64,000 nt of DNA from Chamaesiphon sp. (GCA_965246715.1 CBDFFH010000005.1:1-64000), one strand, 5' to 3'. Positions 1 to 11,035 are shown, counted from the first letter of the stretch. Program-made: numbers and translations. Notes: a model not told the origin generated them from the sequence alone.

Positions 1-178
1 TCCCATCGATGCTCGCTGTCGCTTGATATTGCCAGTAGTTTTTGGCACTCCGCTTAATATTGAGAATGCAAATCTGATGACCCTCAACTTGGCGACAATA
101 ATCAGCACTAGCAGGTAAAGTCACGCTCGAAAAACATACCAAGAGCGATATAACTAATTTAATTAAAAATTTAAACAT
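1..178 (-). CDS. Partial (runs off window start) secreted hypothetical protein, cyanobacterial type
   Basis: Manual translation from ATG at 178: MFKFLIKLVISLLVCFSSVTLPASADYCRQVEGHQICILNIKRSAKNYWQYQATASIDG; signal-peptide-like N-terminus; not in ORF track. Confidence 0.6.
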   Translation of the reverse strand, partial: MFKFLIKLVISLLVCFSSVTLPASADYCRQVEGHQICILNIKRSAKNYWQYQATASIDG

Positions 179-224
179 CCGCCCTGACTCAAAGGATCGA
201 GATAAAGTAATAATTTGAGTACGA

Positions 225-972
225 TTATAACGGCTTTTGCGTAGGAATACCTACCGCTCGTGGATAATATGGATGCGTAGCAGCAGTTTTTTGCAGCCAA
301 ATACAGTGACGGATACTATTACTAAGTGGGGTAGTAAATCGATCGGTTTTCAGTACTTCGCCGCCTAATTTTGCCACAGCCAACTCCAAACTACTGGCTT
401 CTTCCTCCGTCCAATTACCACGATAGAGGATTGCCAGCCCACCAATTTTAACCAATGGGAGCGCATATTCAGCACAAACATTTGCATTAGCTACCGCGCG
501 AAGGTAGCGCCAAATCGTAGCGATGGCGATGCTGAGATTGTTGTCCTAAATCTTCGATGCGATTGACGAGGGGATGGATATTCGTTAATTCGAGTTCGGG
601 CGCGATCGATTGGATGAAACCAATCTTTTTGGCAGTAGAATCGACTAAGGTTAGCTCCCAATCATTTCTAGCGATCGCCAGCGGCAAACCAGGGAACCCA
701 GCGCCAGTCCCAATATCGACAACTTGGAGCGACGCAGAGTCGGTAATTAAATTTCCCACCCCTCGGAGAGAATCCCACAAATGTTTTTCCCAAAATTCTT
801 CCGGATCGGTAATTCTGGTGAGATTAAGATTGTGATTGGCAGTAACTACTGCTGTATATAAAAATTGTAATTGCGATCGCTGGCGATCGGTGGGAAACCA
901 ATCGATCGTTTCTTGCCAAATTGTATCTAGGTTTGGCAAAGAGTCAGCATTAGAAATTGAAGGCGAGTTCAT
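225..972 (-). pseudogene. rsmG: 16S rRNA m7G527 methyltransferase RsmG (GidB), split by a +1 frameshift near 503-504
   Basis: 487..972 has NLTRI, KHLWDSL, DIGTGAGFPG; the other frame continues LRAVANANVCAEYALPLVKIGG...YPRAVGIP to 225; removing one C in CTA-CCTT joins them. Confidence 0.88.
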
Positions 973-1014
973 GTGTGGGAGTTAATGTTAAACAGTGGCA
1001 TGGTAAAGGCACCC

Positions 1015-1698
1015 CTACGCATCATTTCTAGATCCAGCAACGCCAGGTAATTTAACTACCAAACTAGCAGGATCGACGGCTTTTAATTGTCCTCGATCGA
1101 TCTGCCAACATTTATCGGCAATTGCCAATAAATCCCCAGCATCATGAGTGACGATCAACAGCGTCCATTCCTGTTTGAGTCGAGCGAGCAACCCGACCAA
1201 CTGCTGTCGCATCGACCAATCTAAGCCTGCTGTCGGCTCATCTAGCAATAGTAAATTGGGTTGGCGGATTAATTGAACGGCGAGGGCTAGTCGCCGCTGC
1301 TGTCCGCCGCTGAGGGCATGCGGCGATGTCTGCAATGGGATACCGGATAGACCGACCGAACCGAGGGCACTTTCGACCCGTTCGGTACCTAATTCGGGAT
1401 GTCCCAACCGCAACTCTTCCAACAGCGAATTAGTACAAAAATGACGTTCGGGAAATTGAAAGACCAAGCCACCTAATTGTTGCAGCAATTCGGTATTTAA
1501 GACCCGATCGCGCCAATATACACCCCCACTAGTCCCACTTGCCAATCCTGCCAAAATTTCTAAGAGGGTACTTTTGCCCGAACCACTCGGCCCGATAATC
1601 AATCCTAATTGCTGGGGTGGTAGCTCTAAGTTCAGATCGGTGAGAATCGCTCGCTCGCTAGCTGGCGGATGATAAGACAGATGTTTGAGTTTGAGCAT
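1015..1698 (-). CDS. ABC transporter ATP-binding protein (ECF A-component/CbiO-like)
   Basis: Walker A GPSGSGKST, VFQFPE Q-loop, LSGGQQRR signature, LLLDEPTAGLD. Confidence 0.9.
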   Translation of the reverse strand: MLKLKHLSYHPPASERAILTDLNLELPPQQLGLIIGPSGSGKSTLLEILAGLASGTSGGVYWRDRVLNTELLQQLGGLVFQFPERHFCTNSLLEELRLGHPELGTERVESALGSVGLSGIPLQTSPHALSGGQQRRLALAVQLIRQPNLLLLDEPTAGLDWSMRQQLVGLLARLKQEWTLLIVTHDAGDLLAIADKCWQIDRGQLKAVDPASLVVKLPGVAGSRNDA

Positions 1699-2014
1699 GG
1701 GAATCGGTCTAAAATTCTAACTTGACAGCCATCGAGCGGAACATTGGGGATCGAGTCGCGTCCAAGCTATCGTACATTAGGTACGGGATCGATCGGGATC
1801 GGTCAGCTAAACTCGATCGCAATCGAGCGGCCGCAGAAAATCAAGCAACTTAACTGAGAATGGGTCGCGATTGTCAACTCGATCCGAGCTTTATTCTAGC
1901 CTGACAATTATCGCTCCCAACAATTTTTAGCATCCTGCTACACATTCGTTACTAAAATAAGATAGCTCTAGATATTGCAGTCTAACACTCTTAATAATCC
2001 CTCGTTCCTCAGTT

Positions 2015-3073
2015 ATGAACTTTAAGTTATCCGCTCGCACGCTTTTGGCTTTAGCTACTGGTGTCACTCTAACTCAATCAGCGATCGTGGCACCGATCGG
2101 ACACTTCAATCCTACTCTAGCACCAGTAGTCGCTATCCCCAAACCAGCGGCCAAGCCAACCAAGCCCAATAGCAACATGGTGTTTCCAGCCGTTGGGAGT
2201 AAGGTAAAAGCTGGTTTTAATATCGAAAAAGCCAAAGAAGCGATGTTTCGAGATGGTGACTATGTTAAAGCCAAAGAGTATCTCACCGCCGCGCTGAAGA
2301 CCGACCCGAACGAACCATTAACATATGCAATGAACACGCTGTATCCATTTAGTTCGGGGGAGTTTGACAAAGTTAAAGAATATGGGGAGAAAACTACTCA
2401 AGCTGCCGAAAAATTAACAAAAACCAATCCGCTGCGGGGAAATTTGTATCAGGGTGTGGGTCTGGCAATTTTGGGTGCCTATGAAATGAAGAAGGAAAAT
2501 GGTGGTGCTTTAGGTGCTTTGAGCAAGCTCCAAAAAGTATTTGAGTACATGGATAAAGCCAGGAAAATCGATCCGAATAATAATGAACTAAATTTACTTA
2601 AAGGATACATGGATCTGCTTTTGGCAGTCAATGTCCCATTTTCTGATACCAATCAAGCGATCGAGCAATTGCAAAATGCCGAGCCAAAATATCTTGCATA
2701 TCGAGGTATCTATATCGGCTATCGCGATCTCAAAGAGTATGATAAGGCGATCGAAGCAATTAATAAAGCAATCCAACTCGCCCCAAACAATCCAGAATTG
2801 ACCTATTACAAAGCCCAGATTTATGCTATTCGGGGCAGAGAAAAGAAAAATGAGAGTGACTTGAAAAAGTCGATCCAACTCTTTGAAACTGCGTATGAAA
2901 AACGCGATCGCTTATTACTTTCGACGCTCGCACAAATTCTCTCCGAGCGCTGTCAAGCCAAAAGTGCCTTGGCAAAGACAAATACCGATGCTTGCTGGGC
3001 ATTTGAAGCAGATCTCAAAAAAGATAACCCCCACTTAGTTGTCGGACTGACTAAGTTACCCCCTTTAAATTAA
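2015..3073 (+). CDS. Secreted TPR-repeat protein (cyanobacterial Sll0314/Alr1548-like)
   Basis: Signal-like N-terminus; TPR patterns (KAIEAINKAIQLAPNNPELTYYKAQ); LLKGYMDLLLAVNVPF motif. Confidence 0.75.
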   Translation: MNFKLSARTLLALATGVTLTQSAIVAPIGHFNPTLAPVVAIPKPAAKPTKPNSNMVFPAVGSKVKAGFNIEKAKEAMFRDGDYVKAKEYLTAALKTDPNEPLTYAMNTLYPFSSGEFDKVKEYGEKTTQAAEKLTKTNPLRGNLYQGVGLAILGAYEMKKENGGALGALSKLQKVFEYMDKARKIDPNNNELNLLKGYMDLLLAVNVPFSDTNQAIEQLQNAEPKYLAYRGIYIGYRDLKEYDKAIEAINKAIQLAPNNPELTYYKAQIYAIRGREKKNESDLKKSIQLFETAYEKRDRLLLSTLAQILSERCQAKSALAKTNTDACWAFEADLKKDNPHLVVGLTKLPPLN

Positions 3074-3326
3074 CATCAACCGATCGATCCGACGATCGCA
3101 GCTTTTGCGAATAAAACGATGCGGATTCTGTCCCTTGCGTACACTCCTGCGTAAACTGAATCAAGTGATGTGCCACCATGCCAATGTGAATCACCTGCTC
3201 GATCTCAGTTTTCTGGAGTGCTGGCGCTGCCATCTGCCAGAACGTTTTGCGATAGTCACTCAATAGTCCCACACGGAAGAAAATTTTTGCTAACATCAGC
3301 AATCCGCGCCGAATTTGCGCTGGACT

Positions 3327-4814
3327 CAGGGTGAACGCATCAAAACAGGATTTATTTCGATCGAGAGCCACTAAAATAGGCGATTAATGATATTCGATTG
3401 CTTAACTACAATTACGACAATATCAATAAAATCGAAACCAAAGACGAGGTTAAATTAACTCAATTTAGTCCGGCAAAAGTGCGGCTAAAGATATTTAGCC
3501 AAATTCATACTCTGGGGTTAGTTAAATTTAGGCTAAAATAGCCTCTAGAAGTTCGCGCGAATATTCTTCATCAAGGCTCGCAAGAAATCGCTTCTTCCTA
3601 ACACTTAGTTTTCGACTCTTGTTCTGACTCATTATATTAACTGCTATATGTCTTAAAACAGCAAAATTAGCTGGAGCATTATCTTTTCTAATTCGACTAA
3701 TGTCTTCTTTGAAAATAACATCAAGTACCCAATGGAGTGAATTTTCTATCGACCAATGACCTCTGATTGCTTCTGCTAGTTTTTCAACATTATCTTCTAA
3801 GCTACTGATGAAATAACGAGCTTCTACGCTGGTTTTTTCATTGACAACTCGAACTGATTCTACCATGCAAATACTAGTCAGATTTTGCCATTTTAGCAAT
3901 GGATCTATTGATGTTGCAATGTCTGATATCATTAGGTAATTACGAGTTTCCTCTCTACCTCTATTCATCTCTCTACTGCTGAAGCTATGCGTTTTCAGAC
4001 TTTCACCACGAGTTTTAATCGCCTGTTTGAATAGCTGTTCTACCCTTTCATATAAACTTGGTTGATTCTTTTTGACAGCAATTACATAATCTGCTTCTTT
4101 TTTGACAATTTTCTTGACTATTTCTCGCTGACATCCCATTGCATCAATTGTCACTATACATCCAGCTAGATCTAAGGCATTAATCAACTCAGGCAATGCA
4201 GTAATTTCATTTGATTTACTCTCGACTTTTGTTTGTCCTAATACTAATCTATTACTTGCTGCCCAAGCACTGACCGTATTAATTACTCCTTTACCATTTT
4301 TTTCGTCTCTTGAATTTCGAGATTGTTTTCCATCAAATGCGATTATCTCTCCTGCTGTTATTTTACTTATTCCTTTAATCCAATGCAGGAAAGATTTATT
4401 GAATTCTTCAGGATTAATTTGTGAAAATACCCGTGCAAATGTATCGTGAGATGGTATCCCATTCGGTAATTCTAGAAATTCCTCCAGCCATTTTTTTCTG
4501 GTGATGCCATACAGCTCTATGTCTTCCCATCCATCTGCTCCACATACTACTGCACAAATCGAGATCGTGATAATATCGATTAGTTTGTGTTTTTTCCCCC
4601 GTTCAATTCTAATGTCTTTTATGTCACCAAAGTGTTCTGCTATACTATGCCTTGGCTTTAGCTTCATTTGACGCGATCTGAATTTCCAATAAATATAACA
4701 TAATTAACTGGCTATACTTGTTTACCATTAAAGCTTTCATACTTTTCGTAATTCAAATCTGCAACTGATTTGCGAGGATTTTAAATAGTAGGAAATTTAA
4801 GTGCGTTCACCCTG
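3327..4814 (-). mobile_element. ISAs1-family insertion sequence, 1488 bp, 13-bp perfect TIR CAGGGTGAACGCA, 10-bp TSD GCGCTGGACT
   Basis: TIRs at 3327 and ending at 4814; direct repeats at 3317-3326 and 4815-4824; AT-rich interior poor in CGATCG. Confidence 0.97.
3528..4667 (-). CDS. ISAs1-family DDE transposase (intact, 379 aa)
   Basis: GIPSHDTF, IAFDGK, KSNEITA, TIDAMGCQ, HWSIENSLHWVLDV motifs. Confidence 0.96.
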   Translation of the reverse strand: MKLKPRHSIAEHFGDIKDIRIERGKKHKLIDIITISICAVVCGADGWEDIELYGITRKKWLEEFLELPNGIPSHDTFARVFSQINPEEFNKSFLHWIKGISKITAGEIIAFDGKQSRNSRDEKNGKGVINTVSAWAASNRLVLGQTKVESKSNEITALPELINALDLAGCIVTIDAMGCQREIVKKIVKKEADYVIAVKKNQPSLYERVEQLFKQAIKTRGESLKTHSFSSREMNRGREETRNYLMISDIATSIDPLLKWQNLTSICMVESVRVVNEKTSVEARYFISSLEDNVEKLAEAIRGHWSIENSLHWVLDVIFKEDISRIRKDNAPANFAVLRHIAVNIMSQNKSRKLSVRKKRFLASLDEEYSRELLEAILA

Positions 4815-6458
4815 GCGCTGGACTCGTGCGCGCTGGACTATTGGGCACTTTAATCCGGTTGGGATAAGTATGTTCGCATTGATAAGCAAACCGCTCGTAC
4901 AAAAATTCTGGTGCGTAAGCCGTTGCCATACAGTGGTGCCACATCTCCACCACCCGATCGTATGGCATCAGGAATTCAATATTCGATTCCCGACCCTCAT
5001 CGGTCACAATCCGCCCTGCGGCTTGCAGCCGCTCCCACAATGGCGTTTTCGGTAGTGCATAGAGTAAATTAATCGTCAGCATCGGGATCTGCGACAGCCG
5101 CACGAATTCGAGGATCCGATCGACTGTTTCGATCGTATCCGTATCGAAACCCAAAATAATCCCCGATACCACTTCCATCCCATAGCGATTCAGCGTCTGT
5201 ACCGCCTCCAAAATCGGCATCCTGAGATTTTGCGTTTTCGAGATTGCTTTTAATGCCTCCGGTTCGGGCGTTTCAATCCCACAAAAAACCGTACAAAAAT
5301 AAGCTTCGCGCATCAGTTCCAGTAGCTGAGGATGCTGTGCTAAATTTAACGTCGCTTCGCACGCAAATTGCACCGGGTAGCCATTTGCCTGTTGCCACTG
5401 AATTAAATGCGGCAACAGCTCTGTCACCGCCTTGAAATTTCCCACGAAATTATCATCGACAAAGTAGACTGCACCAGGATTTCCCACTGCTAACATCGCA
5501 TCTAATTCGCGCAGCACTTGGTGTGGCGTTTTCAGCCGGGGATTGCGCCCATACAACGCCGGAATATCACAAAATTCACATTGATAGGGACACCCACTCG
5601 AAAACTGAATATTCCCTAAAAAGTAGCGATCGAGCTGGAGTTTATCATAAGCCGGAATCGGAAACTCAGACAGCGGTAAACGTTCGCTGGTTTCAAACCG
5701 GAGTTGCTCCAGCGGACGCTCTACCGTGCGATCGAGATATGCGATCGTCCGATCCGTGGCATCGCCTAATTCTCCCAGATGCAACAGATCGAACTCTGGA
5801 TAATACTCCGGACATGCTGAAACTGAAGGGCCACCCAACATCGTAATCTTGCCCGCCTGATGTGCCAATCGCGCGATCTGCTGAAGCTGCGGCCGCTGAA
5901 TGTGCATCCCGCTGGCGATGACTGCATCCGCCCAGCGATAATCCGCTGGCGTTGCGGCCCGAATATTTTCATCGATAAATCGCACTTCCCATTCAGTCGG
6001 TAAATAAGCGGCGACGATTGCTAATCCCTGGGGTGGCATAAATGCTTTTACCCCTCTCAAGCCAAACGCATGATGAAATGTCCCAAACGAGCGGCTGTAT
6101 TTTGGAAAGATACACAGAATCTTGCGCTGTGTTTGGGGACGGTACTGAGTTCGACACTGTTGGTCGATCGAATGAGGCGATGCTTCAAACGTCGTCATGA
6201 TAAGTGCTCCAAGTTAAGCAATCGACATCGATCGGTCGATTTTGTTACAAACTAAGATCTAAGATTTCGATCGCGATCCAGCTTCAGCTCGACAGCCACT
6301 CGATCGTTGAGACACTAGACTTCCTGCGAAAATCATCGTGTTGGGTCACACGACACGAAAGGAATAGGGGATGCCGCCAGAAGATGTTGTGTGGTATTAC
6401 GACCATACATTGACATACTTATGTGAATTTCTACTCTATCAAAAGAGGTATTTTGCAA

Positions 6459-8201
6459 CTAAGCCTGGACTGTCGATCGCATTTGCGATTCCAAGATCGA
6501 CCCATACAGCGGGCTATGGATCATCAATTCTTCATGAGTACCCTGGGCGACCAACCTGCCTTTATCCATTAACAGGATGCGATCGGCATTGCGGATGGTA
6601 CTGATGCGTTGGGCGATGACAAACGCCGTAGCTTTTTTCAGTCGCATTAAGTCATCAAGTGCGGCATTTATTTGACTGGCGGTACGGGCATCAACAGCGG
6701 AAGTGCTATCGTCGAGAATCAGGACGCGATAATCGGTCAGTAACGTCCGTGCGATCGCGATGCGTTGTCTTTGTCCGCCCGATAAGCCCATCCCACGTTC
6801 GGCGACGATAGTATCGTAGCCATCGGGTAACCCAGCAATAAAATCGTGAATTTGAGCGGATTTAGCCGCCGCAACTATTTTATCCAAACTCGCATCGGGC
6901 AAACCGTAGGCAATATTGTCGCGCATCGTGCCGGAGAATAACCGCGTCTCTTGAAACACGATCCCGATCTGCGATCGCAAGCTGGATAGTTGCAAATCTC
7001 GCACATCGCAACCATCGATTCTGACCGCTCCAGCAGTGACATCATAAAAGCGTGGAATCAGATTGACGATCGTACTTTTCCCCGAACCTGTCATGCCTAG
7101 CAAGGCGATTAATTCATTCGGTTTAGTTTCAAAAGAAATACCCTGTAAAGCGAGGGTTTCCGAGCCTGGATAGCGAAAATGGACATCTTCAAATGAGATC
7201 CGACCACAACAATCTTCTAAAGGAATCGCATTAGTTCGATCCCGAATCTCGATCGGTGCATCGATGACTTCATAAACGCGTTCGGCTGAAGCAGCAGCTT
7301 GGGCGATCGCCGGAGCCGCAAATCCAATCAGTAAGATCGGTTGGAGAATAAATAATAAGTAAGTATTAAAAGCGACAAGTTCGCCGATCGTAAATCTTTG
7401 GTCGATTACTTCTACTCCGGCATAACCGACGACCGCCAGGGTGATTAAATTACTCAGAAAGAAGACAATCGGAAATGTATTCCGAATCGCGGCGATCGTC
7501 TTCATATTGACATTAATCAAATCGCGATTGATGTCTTGGTATCTAGCCATCTCTAGCGATTCGCGGACGAAGGCTTTGACAATCCGCACGCCAGAGAGAT
7601 TTTCTTGGAGTACGCCATTGAGATCGCCCAAGCGTTCTTGGGCCAAACCGAAGATTTTTTGATTTTTAATCAGGAAATTTGCCAGGATCAGTGCGGCTAA
7701 TGGCACGAGTGCGAGAGTAATTAGAGCCAACCGCCAATTCATCACCAGCAAGATAACTGCGGTTGTCAGCAGCGTGACGCTCGAACTCACCACTTGAATC
7801 AAGCTAGTCCCTAAAAACGCACGTACTTGCTCGACATCACTGGTGATGCGGGTGAGTAATTGGGAGGTCTGAGCGCGATCGTGATAGCTAAAACTGAGAT
7901 TTTCGATCCGATCGAAGATTTTATTGCGTAAGTCGTAGGCGACACCCTGAGATGCTTGCTCCGCCCAGAAACTCTGCCCAAAGTTAAATAGTCCGCGCCC
8001 TAACGCTACTACCACCATCGCGCCAGCACTGTACATCACCACTTGGAGATTTTTTTGAGTGATGCCTCGATCGATTCCCCAGCGGAATAACTGCGGGGTG
8101 ATGGCATTAGCTACGGTTAGTAGTAGTAAGCTAGCGATCGCACCGCAAACGATTAACCAATAAGTCTGGAGGCTGCGGAGAACGCGATTTAGAGCTTGCA
8201 T
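6459..8201 (-). CDS. ABC exporter half-transporter (TMD+NBD, ABCB/MsbA-like)
   Basis: Multiple TM segments, GMTGSGKST, LSGGQRQRIAIAR, ILDDSTSAVD. Confidence 0.92.
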   Translation of the reverse strand: MQALNRVLRSLQTYWLIVCGAIASLLLLTVANAITPQLFRWGIDRGITQKNLQVVMYSAGAMVVVALGRGLFNFGQSFWAEQASQGVAYDLRNKIFDRIENLSFSYHDRAQTSQLLTRITSDVEQVRAFLGTSLIQVVSSSVTLLTTAVILLVMNWRLALITLALVPLAALILANFLIKNQKIFGLAQERLGDLNGVLQENLSGVRIVKAFVRESLEMARYQDINRDLINVNMKTIAAIRNTFPIVFFLSNLITLAVVGYAGVEVIDQRFTIGELVAFNTYLLFILQPILLIGFAAPAIAQAAASAERVYEVIDAPIEIRDRTNAIPLEDCCGRISFEDVHFRYPGSETLALQGISFETKPNELIALLGMTGSGKSTIVNLIPRFYDVTAGAVRIDGCDVRDLQLSSLRSQIGIVFQETRLFSGTMRDNIAYGLPDASLDKIVAAAKSAQIHDFIAGLPDGYDTIVAERGMGLSGGQRQRIAIARTLLTDYRVLILDDSTSAVDARTASQINAALDDLMRLKKATAFVIAQRISTIRNADRILLMDKGRLVAQGTHEELMIHSPLYGSILESQMRSTVQA

Positions 8202-8326
8202 ATCATTAGAACTGTCACAATATCGATGAGAGCGTCCACCGCCCTAAATCAGTTCGATTGCCGATCGCCGCGATGGCAGTGCTACAGCAGTTGAATTCAG
8301 CATAACCGATCGTCAAAGCGATCGCC

Positions 8327-8584
8327 TTACTCGGTCTTGTCCGCTGAGCTTTGCGTCCGCGCTAAATGCTTGCCGTTGGCTGACTTATGCTCATTCGATG
8401 GTGTCGAATTTCGATCGGTTACTTTTTGCTTGCTAGTAGTTTCTTCTTGAGCGTTATCGTCTTTAGATATCCACGTACTATCGATATGCTCGACGATCAA
8501 ACATCCCGTGCCAAAGAACATCCCAGAGATGAGGTTGCCCAACAAGCCCGCCGATAGGATTCTTTTGTGTCTATTTGCGTTCAT
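8327..8584 (-). CDS. Small hypothetical membrane-anchored protein with hydrophilic tail
   Basis: ATG ORF, 85 aa, co-oriented with neighbours. Confidence 0.5.
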   Translation of the reverse strand: MNANRHKRILSAGLLGNLISGMFFGTGCLIVEHIDSTWISKDDNAQEETTSKQKVTDRNSTPSNEHKSANGKHLARTQSSADKTE

Positions 8585-8654
8585 GGCTGATAACTTTTAA
8601 TTAAAGATCGGCTGTAGATGGCAGGAGGTTACCTACTTAGCTGGTTAATTGGAA

Positions 8655-8933
8655 CTACCACTTTGTAGCAATAACGTTATCAGACTGGCAATTTGGCAGA
8701 CTGGCAATAATCGTCGCAACCGGGGTAGAACTTGGGGTAACTTTTGGCTTCGAGCGCTCGAATAAATAGATTGTAAACATCCCACTTGCGACAACTGCGG
8801 CGATAAAAATCCCGATCGCTAGCTGCCGTGAGAGCGGATCGAAATCGGTGTTAGCGTCGAATTCATCTAGAGAAAATGGTGGGCGATCGTGCGAATAATT
8901 GTCACCGCGATCGGGGAAATTCGGCTGAGTCAT
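8655..8933 (-). CDS. Small single-TM hypothetical protein
   Basis: 92 aa, one hydrophobic helix (LAIGIFIAAVVASGMFTIYLF). Confidence 0.6.
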   Translation of the reverse strand: MTQPNFPDRGDNYSHDRPPFSLDEFDANTDFDPLSRQLAIGIFIAAVVASGMFTIYLFERSKPKVTPSSTPVATIIASLPNCQSDNVIATKW

Positions 8934-9064
8934 CGTTCCAATTGCAATCTAAAACTAATTTGGTGGTTGACGAGTCCATAGTTTGAGATAAACCCCCATC
9001 CAGGATCTAGCGACGACCGGACGAGGGCAATTAAAAAGAGAGGAAAAGGTTCGATCGCTCAGCG

Positions 9065-9427
9065 CTAAATGATGCCAGGACCCTTACCGCGACGGTCGCC
9101 TTCTGTGGTTAATTTGCCAGTTTCATCGTCATCGCGAATGTCGGCTAATTCGGCCATCCGTTCGGCAGCGTCAGCTTCTAGCTGCTCTTTTGCATCGCCG
9201 GGAACTTCATAATACATTTCTGGCTCGATTGCATAGTTATTCACTAAACCCTCGGAGTCGACTGCATAACCTTTAGTCGTATCGATTCCTTCTACATCGT
9301 TTTCGGGAGTATGCTTATAATTTTCCCCTTCGCGTTCCATCCGGGCTGCTGTTTCCGAAGGAATGATATTGGCATCATATGCTTCATTGTCAACGGTGTG
9401 AGGATTATTTGCTGGTTTGTTAGTCAT
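9065..9427 (-). CDS. Acidic hydrophilic hypothetical protein (stress-protein-like)
   Basis: Likely start MTNKPANN at 9427 with upstream AGGAG; D/E/N/G-rich; GYAVDSEGLVNNYAIEPEMY. Confidence 0.7.
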   Translation of the reverse strand: MTNKPANNPHTVDNEAYDANIIPSETAARMEREGENYKHTPENDVEGIDTTKGYAVDSEGLVNNYAIEPEMYYEVPGDAKEQLEADAAERMAELADIRDDDETGKLTTEGDRRGKGPGII

Positions 9428-9547
9428 AGTTCTGCTCCTAGAATGATATAAATACGAACGCGATCTACTCAGGCTATCCAGTGACATCGCCGCTAGCCCA
9501 AACATCGGCAGCGAAGATGTCACAGCGTCAATACCGATTAGCGATCG

Positions 9548-11035
9548 CTAAATTGAGTACCGACCCGAGTTTTGCTCGGAAGCCAATCGATCTGTCATCA
9601 CTGGCTGGGGTGGGGTTGAAGTTGGTGTGTGAGGGGCTTCGCCATGTGGCTGGTTCGGATGCACGTCTGGGGCGCGCAGTTCGTCCACCGATAGTTTGGG
9701 TGTTTCGGTGTAGACCGAATCCAGCAGGATGTCGAGTACGCCTGCTTGACGGGCACTGGCGATCGCTTGGTGAGTGATCAGATCGCCAATGTTGAGAATG
9801 ACTTCATCATTGCGATCGAGAATCACCCGGACGACGGCTCGACCGAGCGCGCCTTTGATGCGCTGCTCCTCGACGGCTTGCGAGCTACGATCGTGCAAAT
9901 CGGCAGCGGTTTCTTTGACTTGTGCCCACAATCCTTTCGCACCAGTGCGGATTTGCTCGCCAGCATCGGCAGTTGTCGCCTTTAGCTGCTCGCCGGTGGT
10001 ACTTGCTTTGCCGCCGAGGGCATCGCGAGTAGACAAGCCAACTGATTCTAATAAGGCTTGCTCTTGGTGATGAGTTTTCGCCCGTTCGATTACTTGCAGC
10101 GTGACGATTTGACCCGTTGCCGCGACGATGTAACCTTCAGGCGTATATACAGCTTTAGTTACCCGTCTACCCTGCGCTCGATCGACTGCAAATCCTGCGG
10201 CAGTGTTACCGATGCGCTCGCCGATCTTATCGGTGAGGCTACCACCAGCAGCGCGATACAGTTCGCCCAAGCGATCGTGACTCTCGGCCATCGCCACCGT
10301 AGTCGCAGTAATTTGGTGACCTTCTAAGACGATGTGGGTGCCATCTGGAGCATCGACGGTATGTTCGGCAATTTTACCCAGTACAAAGGTCTTTTGCTCG
10401 TCCGGATCGACGATCGCATTAGTTACGCTCCGAGTCGCGCTCTGTCCGGCAGCTTGGAGTTTGTCACCCGTTACTTGGGCGGTCTCTTGGAGCTTATCGC
10501 CAGCAGTCTGCATTGCGGCCTTGATGCCGCCGACTTGCTCCTGCATCATGTCGGCAGTTTCAGACGGCACGAAGGCAACGTCTTTGCCGATTTTGAGAGT
10601 TTCGGGAGCGGGGACGAACGATCTACCCGTATAAGCATCGGCAAATAAACCACCCGATACCTCATAGCCTTCGATCTCACCACTATGTTCGTCAAAATAT
10701 AAGTCGATCATCTTGCCCAAGTCGCGACCGTCGGTGCTAACGATCTTTGTCCCTTTCATAATGTTGTTATGTTCGAGGACACGAGCGATCTCTTGAATCT
10801 GACTGGCAGGGACTTCTACACTTTTGGATGAGACGATAATCGCATCGGGGCCGATCGATTGAACGCTATTTAGAGGAATTACATTCGAGGTGCTAAACCA
10901 TCCAGCTTCATCGACTAAAAGACCCAAGATTCTATTACTATTTTGGTCGAAAATCAAATCGAGGACTGTTTCAAATTTTTCACCCGTATCGAATGCAATT
11001 ACGGACTTGCCGATTATTTCTGAGCCTTTACGCAT
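9548..11035 (-). CDS. PRC-barrel domain protein with LEA-like A/T/Q/G-rich segments
   Basis: Two PRC-barrel-like repeats (SEIIGKSVI..GEKFETVLDLIFD; GTKIVSTDGRDLGKMIDLYFDE..GYEVSGG). Confidence 0.85.
   Translation of the reverse strand: MRKGSEIIGKSVIAFDTGEKFETVLDLIFDQNSNRILGLLVDEAGWFSTSNVIPLNSVQSIGPDAIIVSSKSVEVPASQIQEIARVLEHNNIMKGTKIVSTDGRDLGKMIDLYFDEHSGEIEGYEVSGGLFADAYTGRSFVPAPETLKIGKDVAFVPSETADMMQEQVGGIKAAMQTAGDKLQETAQVTGDKLQAAGQSATRSVTNAIVDPDEQKTFVLGKIAEHTVDAPDGTHIVLEGHQITATTVAMAESHDRLGELYRAAGGSLTDKIGERIGNTAAGFAVDRAQGRRVTKAVYTPEGYIVAATGQIVTLQVIERAKTHHQEQALLESVGLSTRDALGGKASTTGEQLKATTADAGEQIRTGAKGLWAQVKETAADLHDRSSQAVEEQRIKGALGRAVVRVILDRNDEVILNIGDLITHQAIASARQAGVLDILLDSVYTETPKLSVDELRAPDVHPNQPHGEAPHTPTSTPPQPVMTDRLASEQNSGRYSI

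Larger units (their letters stand above)
3051..6198 (-). pseudogene. hpnP: Hopanoid C-2 methylase HpnP (B12-dependent radical SAM) interrupted by ISAs1
   Basis: ILCIFPKYSRSFGTF, AFMPPQGL, SGMHIQR, GGPSVSACP, CPYQCEFCDIP..YGRNPRLK; C-terminal part 3051..3316 (QIRRGLLML...VAHHLI); removing the IS plus one TSD gives a 1650-nt in-frame ORF (549 aa). Confidence 0.9.
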
